From Podarcis gaigeae (taxonomy: Eukaryota): a DNA stretch of 64,000 nucleotides. Below the pieces are notes generated by a model that saw nothing but the letters and a program-made list of their open reading frames with translations, was not told the origin of the DNA and ran no database searches. Positions 13,901 to 26,260 of this stretch are shown here, piece after piece. Made by a program: the position numbers and the translations under genes. Within the stretch, counting starts at the first letter, position 1. Every line of letters begins with the position of its first letter. The stretch lies in assembly GCA_964106915.2 (NCBI GenBank), contig OZ066918.1. One strand, given 5' to 3'.

Positions 13901-16900
13901 GCAAATTCAAATGTATTCCTATTGTGTTTTATGACTTCCTTGATATTGTATGTGGGCTGGAACTGGTCTGTGACCAAAATAATAAAATTCATTCAGACTT
14001 TGGGCATGCGTGCCCTAGGGGTAAGTTACACGTTTTCCACATGAATTACTCACCTCATATTTTCTGTAGTTTACTAATAAGGCAAGCAGGACAACAGCTT
14101 CATAACCATGTTCCCTGCGACTGGGGAGACTGGAGAGGATCTAAAATCAAGAAAAGGAGTAACTTAGATTAACTACAGTTCTATGCTGCAAAGAAGAAAG
14201 TGATTCTAGACACCTGAACTGAAAAGATGTAGATGAACAACAGGCAAACAGACCCAAAGTCTGTTTCCAAAATGAACCTATACAAGTTTAAAAAGGCCTT
14301 GACAATCCCCATTTGTATATAGCAAATTCAAACGAACATTTTACCTTGAAGAGAATCAGCACATTTGGAGGGAATGAATAGCTGGGTTAAGCTGACGGAC
14401 TTAAGCTGACCGCACTAAAAAAAATTACTTGTCATAGCTTATTAGAGAATTAGGTTCACAGCGCCAAATTTATAAAAGATCTGAATGAAATCTTCTAAAA
14501 TGTATACACTGACCAAAACAAAAACAGAAAGACTAAAGCAAGAGAGGCATTAACATTGGCATTCATCTTAAGTTTCCATTTAAGCAACATCACAGGAACT
14601 GCACTATTTATAGCTATGCAGTATGGAAAATTTAACTGCCCAGAGATTTGTGGGTTTTTTAGGGGGGGGGTGGAACTTACCTGTAAGATAGCTTCAAAGA
14701 TGCTGTTAATCATCACATACTCCAGAATTGTGTTTTGACTGATGTTATCTGTCACCTGAATTGAGAATCAAAGGGTGGTTGTTGTTTTAAAGAAGTTTCT
14801 GGAAGTGACAACACACTTAAAACATGCTCTTATCTACTACTACCCTTGCAAAATTACTGAACTGCACCCACCACTCCACAGTATTTTTGTTGTCTCCTGT
14901 TTCAAGAAGCAGTGCTCTCAATTACCGAAACTCTCCCATATTCTGTGTAATGAAGCCCATTCTTTGTGGGTTCTAGGCATATGTACTAGGGCTACAGTGA
15001 AGTTACTGATTTTGGTATACACTTTAATGATTTTACTTAGTACAATATTAATGCTATCTTATCACTTATATAATTTCCCCTGAACCATTTTGTTCTGGGC
15101 TATCTTCTATCCTTATGGGTGCTTTCTAAATATTGCTAATAATAAAATCAGTATTTCCAATCACAATGCTTCTTGCTACATTCCTACCATTGAGCTCTGG
15201 ATAGAGGGAAGCTGAAAATCTCTGTTAGAAAATATGGCTTAGGCTAGAGACTCTTGAAACTTAACACTTTACTTGGCAGAGCTTTAGGGATGTGCTTGAG
15301 GTACAGAAGCTCACATACTTGCATTAATTATGGGTTGGCCTACCTCTCACCCTGCCCTCAGGGTGATTTTCCTTGTTTATTATTAGCTATTGGGAAAAGT
15401 TGTAGGATAGGATAGACAAGACAGACATTTGTAAAGAAAGAAAGAAAATACAAACTTGCAACAAAAAAGAAACCAATTCCTCACAGGTAATATCAGCAAC
15501 AAATACAAAACTCTCTGTAAATTAGTAACTCTTCCCTAAAATAATTAAGTGTATCAAACTTCCCTCCATGAGATGCATACACTGAACAATCTTAAAACAG
15601 GGTATATACATAAGAGTATATTCCTGCCTGTGACAGGAAAAGAGGCTTCACATTAAATGTACTAACACAATACTTATATCCAAGACTGTAATTTAGACAG
15701 CAGTCATCTCTGTAACAGGAATACTGATCAGCTGGAATTGAAAGTTCCTCTGCCTTAGAAATTAAAAATTCCTTGCTAATTCACAAATAACAATTTCCAA
15801 GTTTTGAAAGGGCATGCTTTTTATAGTTGACTCTCTATTGTCTATTACTTACAGTCACCAAACAGAGTAATAGCTTCAGGCACAAATTCTTGAGACTTTC
15901 AGAGCCTTCTGCACATAGCAGAGCATCCAGACTCTCCATCAGATTCTAGAGGGGGAAAAGTTACTATGAACCACAGCATATCCATTACTTCTCACAGGCC
16001 CCACACGGACGCTGTACCCGATACAGTACTAGGAACTGCTTTAGCCTAAGTGAGACTACAGGCCCATCTAGCTCAGTCTTGTCTACACCAGGGGTTGTCA
16101 ACCTGGTCCCTACTGCCCACTAGTGGGCATTTCAGGATTCTAGGAGGGCGGTAGGGGGTTCTACGGCACAAGCTGAATCCTCCTTCCATTGACTACCCCT
16201 GGTCTACACTGACTAGCAATGGCTCTCCAGGACTTCAGGCAGGGAACATTCCTAGCCCTACCTGGATATGTCAGGGATTGAATTTAGGACCTTCTGCATG
16301 CAAGGCAGATGCTCTGCCACTGAGCTATGGCCCTTCCCCACAGAGTTTAATCATGATCCTTGATGGGAAGGATCTATGTCAGTAAAATTCTAGGTCAGGT
16401 ATGAGGAACCTTTGGATCTCTGAATATGGTTGACTTCAAATGCCCATCAGCCTTAGCCAGCATGGCTAGGGTAAGAGATGATGGAAGTTGCAGTCCAACA
16501 TCTGGAGGACCACAGGTTCTCCATCTCTGGTCTAAATGAAGCTGTCTTGAATACATACTATTATGTCTGGTCCCCTCTGTAATGGCTTTACAAAAGCTAA
16601 TAAAAGCTTTCTATTTAAAGAATGTTCTTTGTTTGTAGACTGCTCTTTTACTGTATTTGTTTTCATCTGATACTTTGGAATAACTTCTACTATGCCGCTG
16701 GTCCTGGTGTTTTAAAATTCTTAACTTTATTTTATTTTGCTAAATCGTGTTTTGATTTTGTTGTTAGCTGCCTGGAGTTTTTTATGGGGGGATTTGTGTA
16801 CAAATATCTTTAATAAATAAATCTGTTTAATTACTTCCATCTCTAGAAGGTATTCTCTAAAAGGTATTCTGTCCCATCATCTAAAACATAAATATTACGA

Positions 16901-19115
16901 AATATACATTTCCCAAGGCAGATAACCACAACAAATTAAAGCAACAGTTCTGCCTAAAACTGTGCTTCATCAAATCAAAACCACACAGTGTGGGTTGTGA
17001 CACACAATTTTGTTCCCTCAGAATCTCAGCCGATTTCACAAAAGGAAATAAAAATGTACGCCCAGATGGTTGCACAGAGTAGCCTGAGAGTGAAGTGCCA
17101 GTGCTTGCATGAAGGATCCTTGAGTGGGGCTTCCTTGCTCTGATCTGATTATGCTGTAATTCTCAAGCAAGGTGCTATTATACTGTAATTAGCCTTGCTT
17201 CCTTATGGAGCTAATTCCCCCCACACAAAAGAAAACCCAGCTGTGATACATTTAGCTATGAAGCATTTTAAAGGATTTCTATTTTTGCCCTCTAGTTGCA
17301 AATCACAGCCTCATTATAGATATTTATACAGTGTCTAAAAGTCAACACATCATTTGTGCAAAAAGCACTATATGCCATTATTTCTTCTCTGTTACCAGTA
17401 CTCAGAGGACAAAGAAAGCTAGCAGAAATATAAGCAACGCATGAGGTTGCATGCAGATATCAACTATATTTGAAATGAGACTGTCCATACCTTGGCCAGG
17501 ACCTTTAATACTATGGGAGACACAGTAACCAATATATCAACAATAGATTAACATGTCTCTTCCACAAGCACACCATTGCCTCTTACTGCAGTCTCCCTAA
17601 CCCTCACCCACAGCACTTTATTTTACTGCACTCTAGCTAGCCCTCACCTTCATACACAGTTCAGCCTTGTCAAAACCCATTAACATGTTGATGATGTCAA
17701 AGCCAGATGTGGATTTGTTCTTCTGATGAACTCCACGGATCAGTGCACACAGCGTCTGTGTCGGAAAGAGAAAAACACTAGAACTGTGAGAAAGCTTTTG
17801 GTGCACCAAGAGCCTATTATTATATGCCCTAGACCCTTACAGCTGTATTTTGGGAAGGTGTTTACTTTGATTTAGTATAACACAGCAGATTCATATTACA
17901 TAGTCTTCACTCTCTTCCATGTCCATGCAGGCTGCATTTTTTGTATGCTTGCCTGTTTTGGAACTTGAAATATGCTTACATAGATTCATTCTCAATTACT
18001 CTCCTGACTGCCAACAAAGAAGAGAAACCATTTTATTATTATATAAATGCTAACAGAGGGGATTTTTGGTCTAGCACACTGAACTGACATGTATCTTAGT
18101 CAGTCTTAATGGGAAGTGGACTCTTTCCTTCATCAACACTGATACAACTGTCATAAGCTGCCTGTTCCTGGGTTTAGCTCCACTGAAGAAACAAAATGTA
18201 GAGTACAGCACCTGTAATGCATTGACCACTCTGATAGGATGTTCTTCTCCCAAAGCCCGGATGCAGCGCTGGAACAAACAGTTAATATTATCTTTTATCT
18301 TCATCAGCTCTTCACCATCTAGAGACTCCAGCTTTCCTTCCAGGTACTCCAAGTTCACCTGTCAAGACAAAGGGAAGAGGGAAAAGCCAATTCATGGAGT
18401 CACTGAGGACATGGCGAAAGGTGGAAAATTGCTACATAGATGAGTAAACATGAAGAGATGATTAGAAGACTGTGGATGTTTTTGATCTTTGGCATATTAC
18501 CTTCATGAGGAAGAGCTCCTCCCAAAACCGAGGACTGCATTTACTGGGATCTTCTGTCTGAAAGAGAACGTAATTCCTGTTACAATGGCCACTGTGGATA
18601 CAAAATATGGATGTCCTTATAGCAATATTATAACCATTCTAGGTCCAGGAAAACAGGAAACAGCATGCAGAAATGGGCCCTGAGACACACCATATACTCT
18701 TCCGCAGTTTATCAATGGTAGAGCCTGCAGAGGTAATTCTAAATGAGGAAATCTCCTGCTGTACAGATATACTCACCTCAAAGCAGGAAAGTAAAAGCAT
18801 ACCCAGAGGCAGAATTCACTGCATTCCCCTTCTCATTCTTAATACTAGATACTACTAATACTAAACTAAGAGACGAAACCAGAGATAATACAATAAGGCA
18901 CAGCTCTAGGGCAACCTGTGTTACACTTCCCAATGGGACTACTTCAGCATAGTAAAATGTATCCTGCAGCTGAACAAAATGCCACAATGAGGAGAGCAAA
19001 GTCCCATCCTTACCGTAAAGATCTCGTCATACATTAGCACAACCTTCTCTTTCAAGGGTTTCTTACTAGCTGAAGATTTCCGGAGCAAACCGCCTTTCTT
19101 CTCAGCTTGCGCCAT
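384..19115 (-). CDS. ARMH3: ARMH3 (C10orf76), armadillo-like helical domain protein 3; 12 coding exons (aa 1-318), gene continues beyond left edge
   Basis: Exons 19014-19115, 18501-18557, 18212-18358, 17648-17755, 15853-15945, 14681-14755, 14054-14140, 3462-3518, 2624-2667, 1915-1975, 1632-1678, 384-459 all have GT-AG boundaries and join in frame (954 nt) to [33 protein letters not shown]...[11 protein letters not shown], nearly identical to human ARMH3 as recalled; adjacent to HPS6 as in human. Confidence 0.96.
597..943 (+). mobile_element. short retroposed insertion (L1-type 3' fragment) with 14-bp TSD
   Basis: AAAGCTGGGTCCCT at 583-596 and 944-957; A-rich 3' end. Confidence 0.7.
1632..1678 (-). 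CDS. ARMH3: ARMH3 coding exon 11
   Basis: [15 protein letters not shown](Q), 47 nt. Confidence 0.95.
1876..1907. repeat. (CA)n microsatellite
   Basis: about 16 perfect units beside the ARMH3 exon 10 donor. Confidence 0.95.
1915..1975 (-). CDS. ARMH3: ARMH3 coding exon 10
   Basis: (R)[20 protein letters not shown], 61 nt. Confidence 0.95.
2624..2667 (-). CDS. ARMH3: ARMH3 coding exon 9
   Basis: [14 protein letters not shown](R), 44 nt. Confidence 0.95.
2900..3105 (+). mobile_element. old tRNA-derived SINE (MIR/CORE-like)
   Basis: degenerate A box (gcagtggtaag) and B box (ggttcaaatc), AT-rich tail. Confidence 0.45.
3462..3518 (-). CDS. ARMH3: ARMH3 coding exon 8
   Basis: [19 protein letters not shown], 57 nt. 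Confidence 0.95.
4907..5136. mobile_element. Tc1/mariner (Tigger-like) MITE
   Basis: TA|CAGTGGACGCTCGGGTT...AACCCGAGGTATGACTG|TA imperfect TIRs, TA TSD, CpG-rich. Confidence 0.8.
6757..6997. mobile_element. Tc1/mariner (Tigger-like) MITE
   Basis: TA|CAGTGGTACCTC...GAGGTACCACTG|TA. Confidence 0.88.
7444..8098 (+). mobile_element. solo LTR
   Basis: TGTTA...TAACA termini, 5-bp TSD ATTTC (7439-7443, 8099-8103), TATAA 7925-7929, AATAAA 8002-8007. Confidence 0.82.
8349..8527 (-). mobile_element. squamate tRNA-derived SINE
   Basis: reverse A/B boxes (ctactactgag; gggattgaac); similar to copies at 16030, 48100 and 49962. Confidence 0.7.
11272..11576. mobile_element. Tc1/mariner MITE (same family as 54738-55093)
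   Basis: TA|CAGTGGTGCCCCGCAAGA...TCTTGCGAGGCACCACTG|TA; internal gcaagacgaa and taagccgc repeats. Confidence 0.9.
12236..14012. mobile_element. hAT-type MITE interrupted by a LINE
   Basis: TIR halves CAGGGGTGCCCAAAG / CTTTGGGCATGCGTG; 8-bp TSD CCCTACGG/CCCTAGGG. Confidence 0.65.
12372..13995 (+). mobile_element. 5'-truncated non-LTR retrotransposon (RTE-X-like) with degenerate reverse transcriptase
   Basis: [45 protein letters not shown]-terminal RVCPCG..E.....C..Y; in-frame stop at 13520-13522; AT-rich 3' UTR ending aataaaattcattca. Confidence 0.9.
14054..14140 (-). CDS. ARMH3: ARMH3 coding exon 7
   Basis: [29 protein letters not shown], 87 nt. Confidence 0.95.
14681..14755 (-). CDS. ARMH3: ARMH3 coding exon 6
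   Basis: [25 protein letters not shown], 75 nt. Confidence 0.95.
15853..15945 (-). CDS. ARMH3: ARMH3 coding exon 5
   Basis: [31 protein letters not shown], 93 nt. Confidence 0.95.
16030..16338 (-). mobile_element. squamate tRNA-derived SINE containing a nested hAT MITE
   Basis: same family as 8349-8527; interrupted at gtctacac. Confidence 0.75.
16089..16201. mobile_element. hAT MITE
   Basis: TIR CAGGGGTTGTCAA/TTGACTACCCCTG; perfect 8-bp TSD GTCTACAC. Confidence 0.88.
16397..16530. mobile_element. older palindromic hAT-type MITE (related copies near 37598-37735, 42981-43112, 52569-52709)
   Basis: degenerate hairpin with cccatcagcc / gatggaagttg core. Confidence 0.6.
17648..17755 (-). CDS. 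ARMH3: ARMH3 coding exon 4
   Basis: [36 protein letters not shown], 108 nt. Confidence 0.95.
18212..18358 (-). CDS. ARMH3: ARMH3 coding exon 3
   Basis: [49 protein letters not shown], 147 nt. Confidence 0.95.
18501..18557 (-). CDS. ARMH3: ARMH3 coding exon 2
   Basis: [19 protein letters not shown], 57 nt, cag/gtaat. Confidence 0.95.
19014..19115 (-). CDS. ARMH3: ARMH3 first coding exon (exon spans 19014-19125)
   Basis: [34 protein letters not shown]; Kozak GCCATGG; acceptor ccatag, donor gtaagg. Confidence 0.95.
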
Positions 19116-22100
19116 GGCTTACAATCTATGGATAGAGAGACATGCCACATTTCAGAGAAGCTCTCTCAAGATTAATTTCCACAGCATTCACACGTTTCCA
19201 GGTTATGCTCTGCTTTAAAAAAAATTTAGAGCTTACAAGGCACTTTATAGCTATTAACTACATTACAACCATCTTAGTTTCCTCTGGGCTGCTTCACACA
19301 TATTTTTTCTACATAGGAGAAAAATGCAAGTGTACATTTGTCCAAATGTGCATAATACAAAATAGATTTGCACATGATTTTTTTATATGCAATGGTTTTC
19401 TTCTTATACCTGCTGCAGGAATCATTTCACATCAGGTATTCTGGACAGAATGCGAAAGTGTGGAGCATGGAAGATTACAGATTCATTTAAAAAGGTGAGG
19501 AACTGGAGAGAAAGTCTTGTCAAAAGTAATCCAACAAATATCTGGCTAAGACAGAGTCCCAAACAGGAAACCCCAAGCAGGAAGTATAAATTTAGCACCT
19601 AAGAAAGTAGAAATTGGTCTACTGAGCACTATAGTTGTATCAGAAGTCCTGCTAAATTAGGAATCCTGCAACACAACTTCACATCAATCTTATACACACA
19701 AAAATCTGTACCTGTTAATATAAAAATGCAGTGCACACAAGCCACAGATACACATTTAGAAATATATTATGTAGATACATGCTCCAGGCAGTTAGCATTG
19801 ACTGAAATTCTAAACATGTACAAATGATGATAAGCACACCTTTGTTTAACATAGGAATTGGCCCAAAGGAATATTTTCTATTCAACAACTATTCTCTACT
19901 ATTATTGAAAAGTTTGCTTTCCTCTTGTGAGCAAGAAGTCACAAAGAAAGTGTCACACTGCCCTACAATCCCATAGCCTACATACACTTTGCAAAAGTCT
20001 CCTTTCCTGGGGTAAACTACCAGCCCCCACCCCAATACTAGGATTACTGGATTTAAAGCAACTAGCATCTGTGCTGACATAGACTTATAGAGGTAAAGCA
20101 GAAGCTGGGGCATATGGCAGTTCCATTTAGGCACAATAAATAATGCACAGAGCAGCACAAACATGGTAGCACATCTGCAACGCCTAAAGAGCTCCTCATT
20201 TCAACTGCTTACAATAGAGAGAAAATACCACAACTTTCTCCTTCATGAGCATTTCCAGTGACTGACATATATTAGCTTCAGCCTACCATACAGAGATTTA
20301 TCTTCTGCAAACATCAGGCATATGAAGCAGGTCATATAGCAGGACATTTCTTCCACACATTTGTCTGGTCTAAAGGGGCAGGTGCAGAAACATTCACCAT
20401 TGTTACCTCTGGAACACAATGCCAATCTCTAGCAGGTAGTGCAATGCACTACTGGCATCACCTTCTTGTAATTTTCTGTGTTGTATTTAATTAACTTTTA
20501 TTCCAAGTAGATGCATTGAAGTTAATGGACCTAAGTTAGCCATGGTCACTAATTTCAAGGGGTCTACTCTGAATACAAGTTGGTTGAATACAACCCAGAA
20601 AGTTGTAGGAAGGCGATACCAGTAGCACAACATTCTGTTTGTCAGACTCAAAGATTTTTGCGACAAAAATCATAAAGTCGGAGCAAGATCAATAGGACAC
20701 ACTTATGTCCATATACTCCGAGTAGTCTACCGGGAATACAACTAATCACACCATGTCACCACTACTAAAACAACAAGCCATACTTCTGGTTCAAAGTTAT
20801 TTCATGCAGTTAAAGAACATCCTTGTACACCTAGTCAGGAGTAACAGATTTCAGTTCTTGTGTTGGGTGCCCAGGAAAGCAAAATATTCTACATCCCTTT
20901 GTAAAGTGAGAGCAAAGAAGCTACAGACAGGTAACACAATCATGCAGATAAGTTCACGCTTTCAACAAGGCTAGAACTGGGACACAGGCTGTCCTAAACT
21001 AGACAGAGTACACATGCATATGGGAAATTGCTAGAGGCAACAATTAAGACTGTCTCTTCTATCTTATAGCTGCCTACGTTAGAGAATCCAAAGTAACACG
21101 TGGACAGCTGTTAACAAAAAGTACAAATACCCTCTCATTCTAAAACTTCAAGGGCTTTTTTGGTCTCATGATCTACAGAAATCAATGGTACAGACCTTCA
21201 TTCTTCTTCAGTTTTAGAAAAGTAGCTGCTTATTTCAACAAGCTATTACCATGTTTCCAAACAAACACAGCATCATAATTCTAGCAGATTGAAATGCATC
21301 CCCAAAGTCTTCAACATCTGAGGGTCCACCAAGGGGCTGAGCAAGAGAGATCAATAGGTGGAATTGGTTATAGCATTCCTCCAGCATCCCAATCCAGAGC
21401 AACTTTTTTAAAAGCTTGACCGGGTAGTATGCAATACCCAAGGGTGGGACAGGGCAGGGAGAATTATAGTCAGACAGATTCCGATTTTCAAATAATGTCC
21501 TAAGTGCTACCAACAAACAGGAGAAGGATATTGTTATGCCCTGGTTGTGAACCTCTCCAACTTCTCTCTCTAGTCACCGTCGACAGCCAGAGACCAGATC
21601 CAAAGTAATGTCTGCCACCACAGACTGAAACCCACTGAAGCAATGTCTGAGTACGCAGCTGCTGTGTTCCTGCATCACCACCCCTCTGCTTTCTCCAGCC
21701 CCTTCGGCTGCTGTAACAGGCAGAGAAGAAAAGAGGCAACAGAGCAACAGGGCATGACACAGAGCAGCTACATACACAGCTGCTGCCAGATACATTAATT
21801 TCTCCTTATCTCATATTATGCAGAAAGACTAAAAAAGAAGAAGCAAGATTAAACATTGACTTTTGCAGAGATGACATTAAAATCAGGAAATACTCTATGG
21901 CACCACACAATTATATGGTGAAACTGAAATATTTCTAGAAATAGAATTTTCTGTTCTAAACATAATATTTTACAGTGCAATGTTTCCCTGTCATAACTTG
22001 CAGTCTCATCCCATGACTGAAACTACGTAAGAAGAACTCTGCTGAGCTTATCTTGTCCACCATTCTGGTCTCAGTAGCCAACCAGATGCCAAAGGGAAGC

Positions 22101-23275
22101 CCCTAGGCAAGGCATGCCTGCAACAGCACTCTCCCATTCCCAGCAAATGATATTCAGAGGCAAGCTCATTTCTTTCTACTGCCAGAGTTTAAAACTGATC
22201 TACAAGGGAACAAAATTAAGCCCACAATAACCTCAGAATGGCCTTAGTGCCTATAAATTAAGCCTCTTGCGACCCCACATCCAGGAATACATTTGCACAC
22301 CTAGAACTAATTGGAACTAAGGAAACCACTTGTGTGTAAGCAATATAGACTCCAACTGCCTCATATTAAGTTGCAAACACACTCCACAGCCAGTGGGGGG
22401 TAACATTATTTTATTATCCTGAAACCTACAGCTGAAGTAATAGAGTAGCCAGTTTTGAATTTCAAACTTCTTATCCCGAGAAAGCAAAGCATCTGACTGA
22501 AGTTAATTACAGGTGTGATACAAGTACCTTCCTTAGAATCAGCACTTACAATTTTGATCTTCTTTTGTACAGCTCAGTGTCTAAGAAGTCCCCATGTAAA
22601 GCAGCTACTACTTCTGTAATACAAAAAGAAAGGGAGAAAAGAATACAACAAGATCAAGTTTGCAATGCAAGAACCCCTGCTGTCCTGCCATGTTCCAACT
22701 CTCAGGTTAAAACCTGCCTGATAATGACTTGATTCACTGCCCAGCAACTTTAGCTCACGTGTTTCAGATCCCTCCACCACAAAAACACCCAACCGGCTGA
22801 TCTTACTAATACACAGAGGGAAAATACAGAAGCAAAATGAGAAAGTAGAAGAATTAGAGACAGAAAAATAAAATAGACCCTGTTGGCATAACCAACCACA
22901 ACTACTTCTAGAGAATGGCAGACAAACGGATGGTCACCCATTAAGGGTTAGACATATCAGTCACAAATATGCAGTTTTATTTATGATATTTAGAACCATA
23001 ATATAAGATGTCCCTCTACATCAGAGCCTCCGAACAGCTTACAAAGGATTCCCAAGAATCCACCCATTATAGCAGGGGTGGGAAGAGTGTAGACTGGAAT
23101 CTACTGATAGATCTCTAGACCATTTGCAATAAATTAGGAAGCATTCCTGACTCCCAGTTGTTTAAAAATAGCAACAAGATGACTTTTTACACCTAAATTA
23201 GGATGCAGAAATGAAGAATGCTAACCAGGAATGCACTTTTCTGTGAAAGGGTTGTGAGCTTAATTCAGTTATGGT

Positions 23276-23642
23276 GGTAAGGTAAAGGTAAAGGTACCCC
23301 TGCCCGTACGGGCCAGTCTTGCCAGACTCTGGGGTTGTGCGCCCATCTCACTTAAGAGGCCAGGGGCCAGCGCTGTCCGGAGACACTTCCGGGTCACGTG
23401 GCCAGTGTGACATCGCTGCTCTAGCGAGCCAGAGCTGCACACGGAAACGCCGTTTACCTTCCCGCTAGAAAGCGGTCCCTATTTATCTACTTGCACCCGG
23501 AGGTGCTTTCGAACTGCTAGGTTGGCAGGCGCTGGGACCGAGCAGCGGGAGCGCACCCCGCCGCAGGGATTCGAACCGCCGACCTTTCGATCCGCAAGCC
23601 CTAGGCGCTGAGGCTTTAACCCACAGCGCCACCTGCGTTCCC
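23276..23642 (-). mobile_element. full-length Sauria SINE
   Basis: tRNA-like head GGTGGCGCTGTGGG / GGTTCGAATCC, (ACCTTT)n tail, 11-bp TSD TCAGTTATGGT (23265-23275, 23643-23653). Confidence 0.92.
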
Positions 23643-24328
23643 TCAGTTATGGTACTGAAAACCAATTCCTGGGCTCAGAATGTACTCAGAGGACCCTCTT
23701 CTTTAATTATAACTGTATGTCTTTTGTTCCTGGCTCTGGTTAATAGATCTTGGGACTCTAATAAAGAACAAAGTATATTTGCCAAGTCTGTAGTCTGTCT
23801 ACTCTTTCCTGATAGAGCCAATTCTGCTTTGTACTTGCAGCAAAAGTGTGCCAGGTACCTTCAGACCATTCTCCAGGCCAATCAATCTCAATTATAATAA
23901 ACTAACCATCAACACTGGGACACAAACCTCTAATCAAATTTTGCTATTGGAATGTGAGCTGGTGGGCAATGTTACCTCTTGAACTGGAGAGGTATGGGTT
24001 CAAATTCCTACTTAGGCATGAATGCAGATTGTCTTTTAAGTTAACTATACTCTTACAACTTCAGCTCCCCATCATTATGTACAAATGTTAATTATTTAAA
24101 CAAAGTTTCAATGAGAAGTTGTTACAGAAATAAAAACCACGAGGAAATCTTCTAATCTGTGTCAGAGCTACCACAAAATGTAAACCATGGAATCTGTTAC
24201 CTTTGAATAAATGCTAATATACTTTCAAAGCACAGTGTTGGGATTATGTGAACAGATACGCATTATGGTGGGATATAAGGGGTTGCATCGAGTGGAGGCA
24301 CAAGATGATGATGAAATTACTAATAGTG

Positions 24329-24384
24329 AAATCAAGTGGGGAATGCCAGGAAAAGAAAAATCAAGTGGGGAATGCCAGGAAAAG
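24329..24384. repeat. tandem duplication, 29-bp period
   Basis: AAATCAAGTGGGGAATGCCAGGAAAAG twice. Confidence 0.9.
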
Positions 24385-25699
24385 TAACAAGACCACAGAG
24401 AAATATGAGAGAGGAATCAGTTCATTCAAGGGAACTCCAAGGGTTGCAGATATAAAACAATTTAAAAACAAAAACCACCAATATGGGCAGAAAATTCTCA
24501 GTAACCACAGAATATTGTTTGTGAAGGGGGCAGAAATGGTGTGTGTGTGTGTAGAAAGGTAATGGCCTGCTGGAGGAGGGAAGCCATAGTTAGCTAGCTG
24601 TAACCCCATGTGTATTTTCCTATTTCCCTTATGGCTGCTTTCATGCATAAAGACAAGGGTCATCATGAATACCACTTCAACTGTGGTTTTAAGTTCTACA
24701 GCTTCTCTTTTACTTCAAAGTGTTTGCTTTATGAAATGGGGAAATGCATAAGGTATTTTATAAGTCATTTTTAAAACATATGCCTTGTTGTTAAGCAAGC
24801 AATCACCATTTCAATTTTAGGTTCCCTCACTTGGTTATGTGTGACCCCAAAAAAACTATAGACAGAAGAAATCAAAACACAACTGGCACATGGAGACTGC
24901 AATACTTCTGAGAAGTTGTTTGATTTTATTAACATGTGCAAGCACACTTGGAGCTGCTTCAGGCATTACAAAATCCCAACATGGAGCTACTTCTGTGGGA
25001 ATTAACACATACATAGATCATCAAAGAAAGTGGACAACACATATGTATTATAATGCATGTGTACACTTTTCTTGTGCACCCAGCTGCTATAATCACTCAG
25101 CTTTCCTGTGAACACATAACAAAGCGCGTACATGCACTGTGACGGTATAAGCTATAAACATAGGAGCCAACTCCTAAGAACCGATTAACAGTCTTCACTG
25201 TGCCCATTGGTATACCCTGGAAGGCTAAGGAAAGAAGGGAATCCACCCTTGAAGAATATTAATTTAGTCATCTCCAACAGCTGGGAATCGACTCTGTATT
25301 ACATGATCTATGAAGAATGGACCCCATACAGAAACAAGATTTGGGGCAGGGAAGCCAATCTTTTATCAAAATATGTGGAAACAAGAGAAGAAAGAGCACA
25401 CTGGTCCCAACTATGAGGGCAGGGAACCACGTGGAAGCTTAAGCGTGTGGGCAACAGCAGAACAAGACACTTCACCTGCCCCCAATGAGAGCTCTTCCCT
25501 CTTCCATACTACTGCAACAGGGGTGCAGGAAGGGGAAAGCGCTTGACAACAGAAAAGAGGAGTGGGGGGAGATGACTAGAGCAGGAAATGCATAAAACTG
25601 CCTCCTGAGCAGCGGCACCTACCTACTTCCTCCCGCCCCACCCTGCCCCACCCCAACTCACCTCCACTGTAAACGGGGCTCTCCTCTTCCCATCCCAGG

Positions 25700-26260
25700 T
25701 ACGTCCCCCTATCCCACGTACACAGAAAAACAGGTGCGCTCAGGCCCCCTTCTCCCTAAACACGCCCCCAAGAGCGCCCCACAGGCAGCCTCCTCAAAGG
25801 TCCCCCTCTGCACCCCAACACGCCTCCCTCCCAGTCATGTTTTGCCACCCGACCCCAGGCAATGCCGCCAGGTCCTCTCCCACCGCCACCCCAACTTCGC
25901 ACCCTGGCCGCTCCTTCCCTAGCCTCAAAGGGCGCAGCCTAACTACACAGCGCGGGGCGCAACCGAGGCCGGACCCTAAAAGGAAGGGAGCGAAATAGCC
26001 CCCGTTACCTGAGCGGGGCGACCGCCTCTCGGCGCGCATGCGCCACCGAGTCAGACTTCGCCCCGCCCTCAACCTACTACGCAGGCGCGCCGTCCTTTAT
26101 CTGCCCGGTCCCACCTCCAACCACCTTGCGGAGAACGGCTTCTGCTGGGTACTAGTGCGAGTTGAGTGCGGATGAAAAGCGAACGGCATAGGCGAGAGCC
26201 GGCCTTACACAGGCATATATGGGGGGGGGGGGGGAGGAAACTTTCAGCAGAACTGGCTCC
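25700..26260 (-). promoter_or_regulatory. ARMH3: CpG-island promoter and putative non-coding exon 1 of ARMH3 (donor at 26009/26008)
   Basis: CpG-rich; minus-strand donor CAG|GTAACG; palindromic NRF1-type site GCGCATGCGC 26034-26043; GC box at 26061-26068; the first coding exon has an acceptor 10 nt above the ATG, so an upstream exon is required. Confidence 0.7.

Noticed and set aside
12390-14004. Apparent LINE TSD AGGCTTTGGG/AGACTTTGGG
   Set aside because: The left copy lies within RT-coding sequence (SRDRLWEKL), so the match is probably coincidental
23560-23642. tRNA gene (also 57297-57375)
   Set aside because: The A/B boxes belong to SINE heads with tails and TSDs
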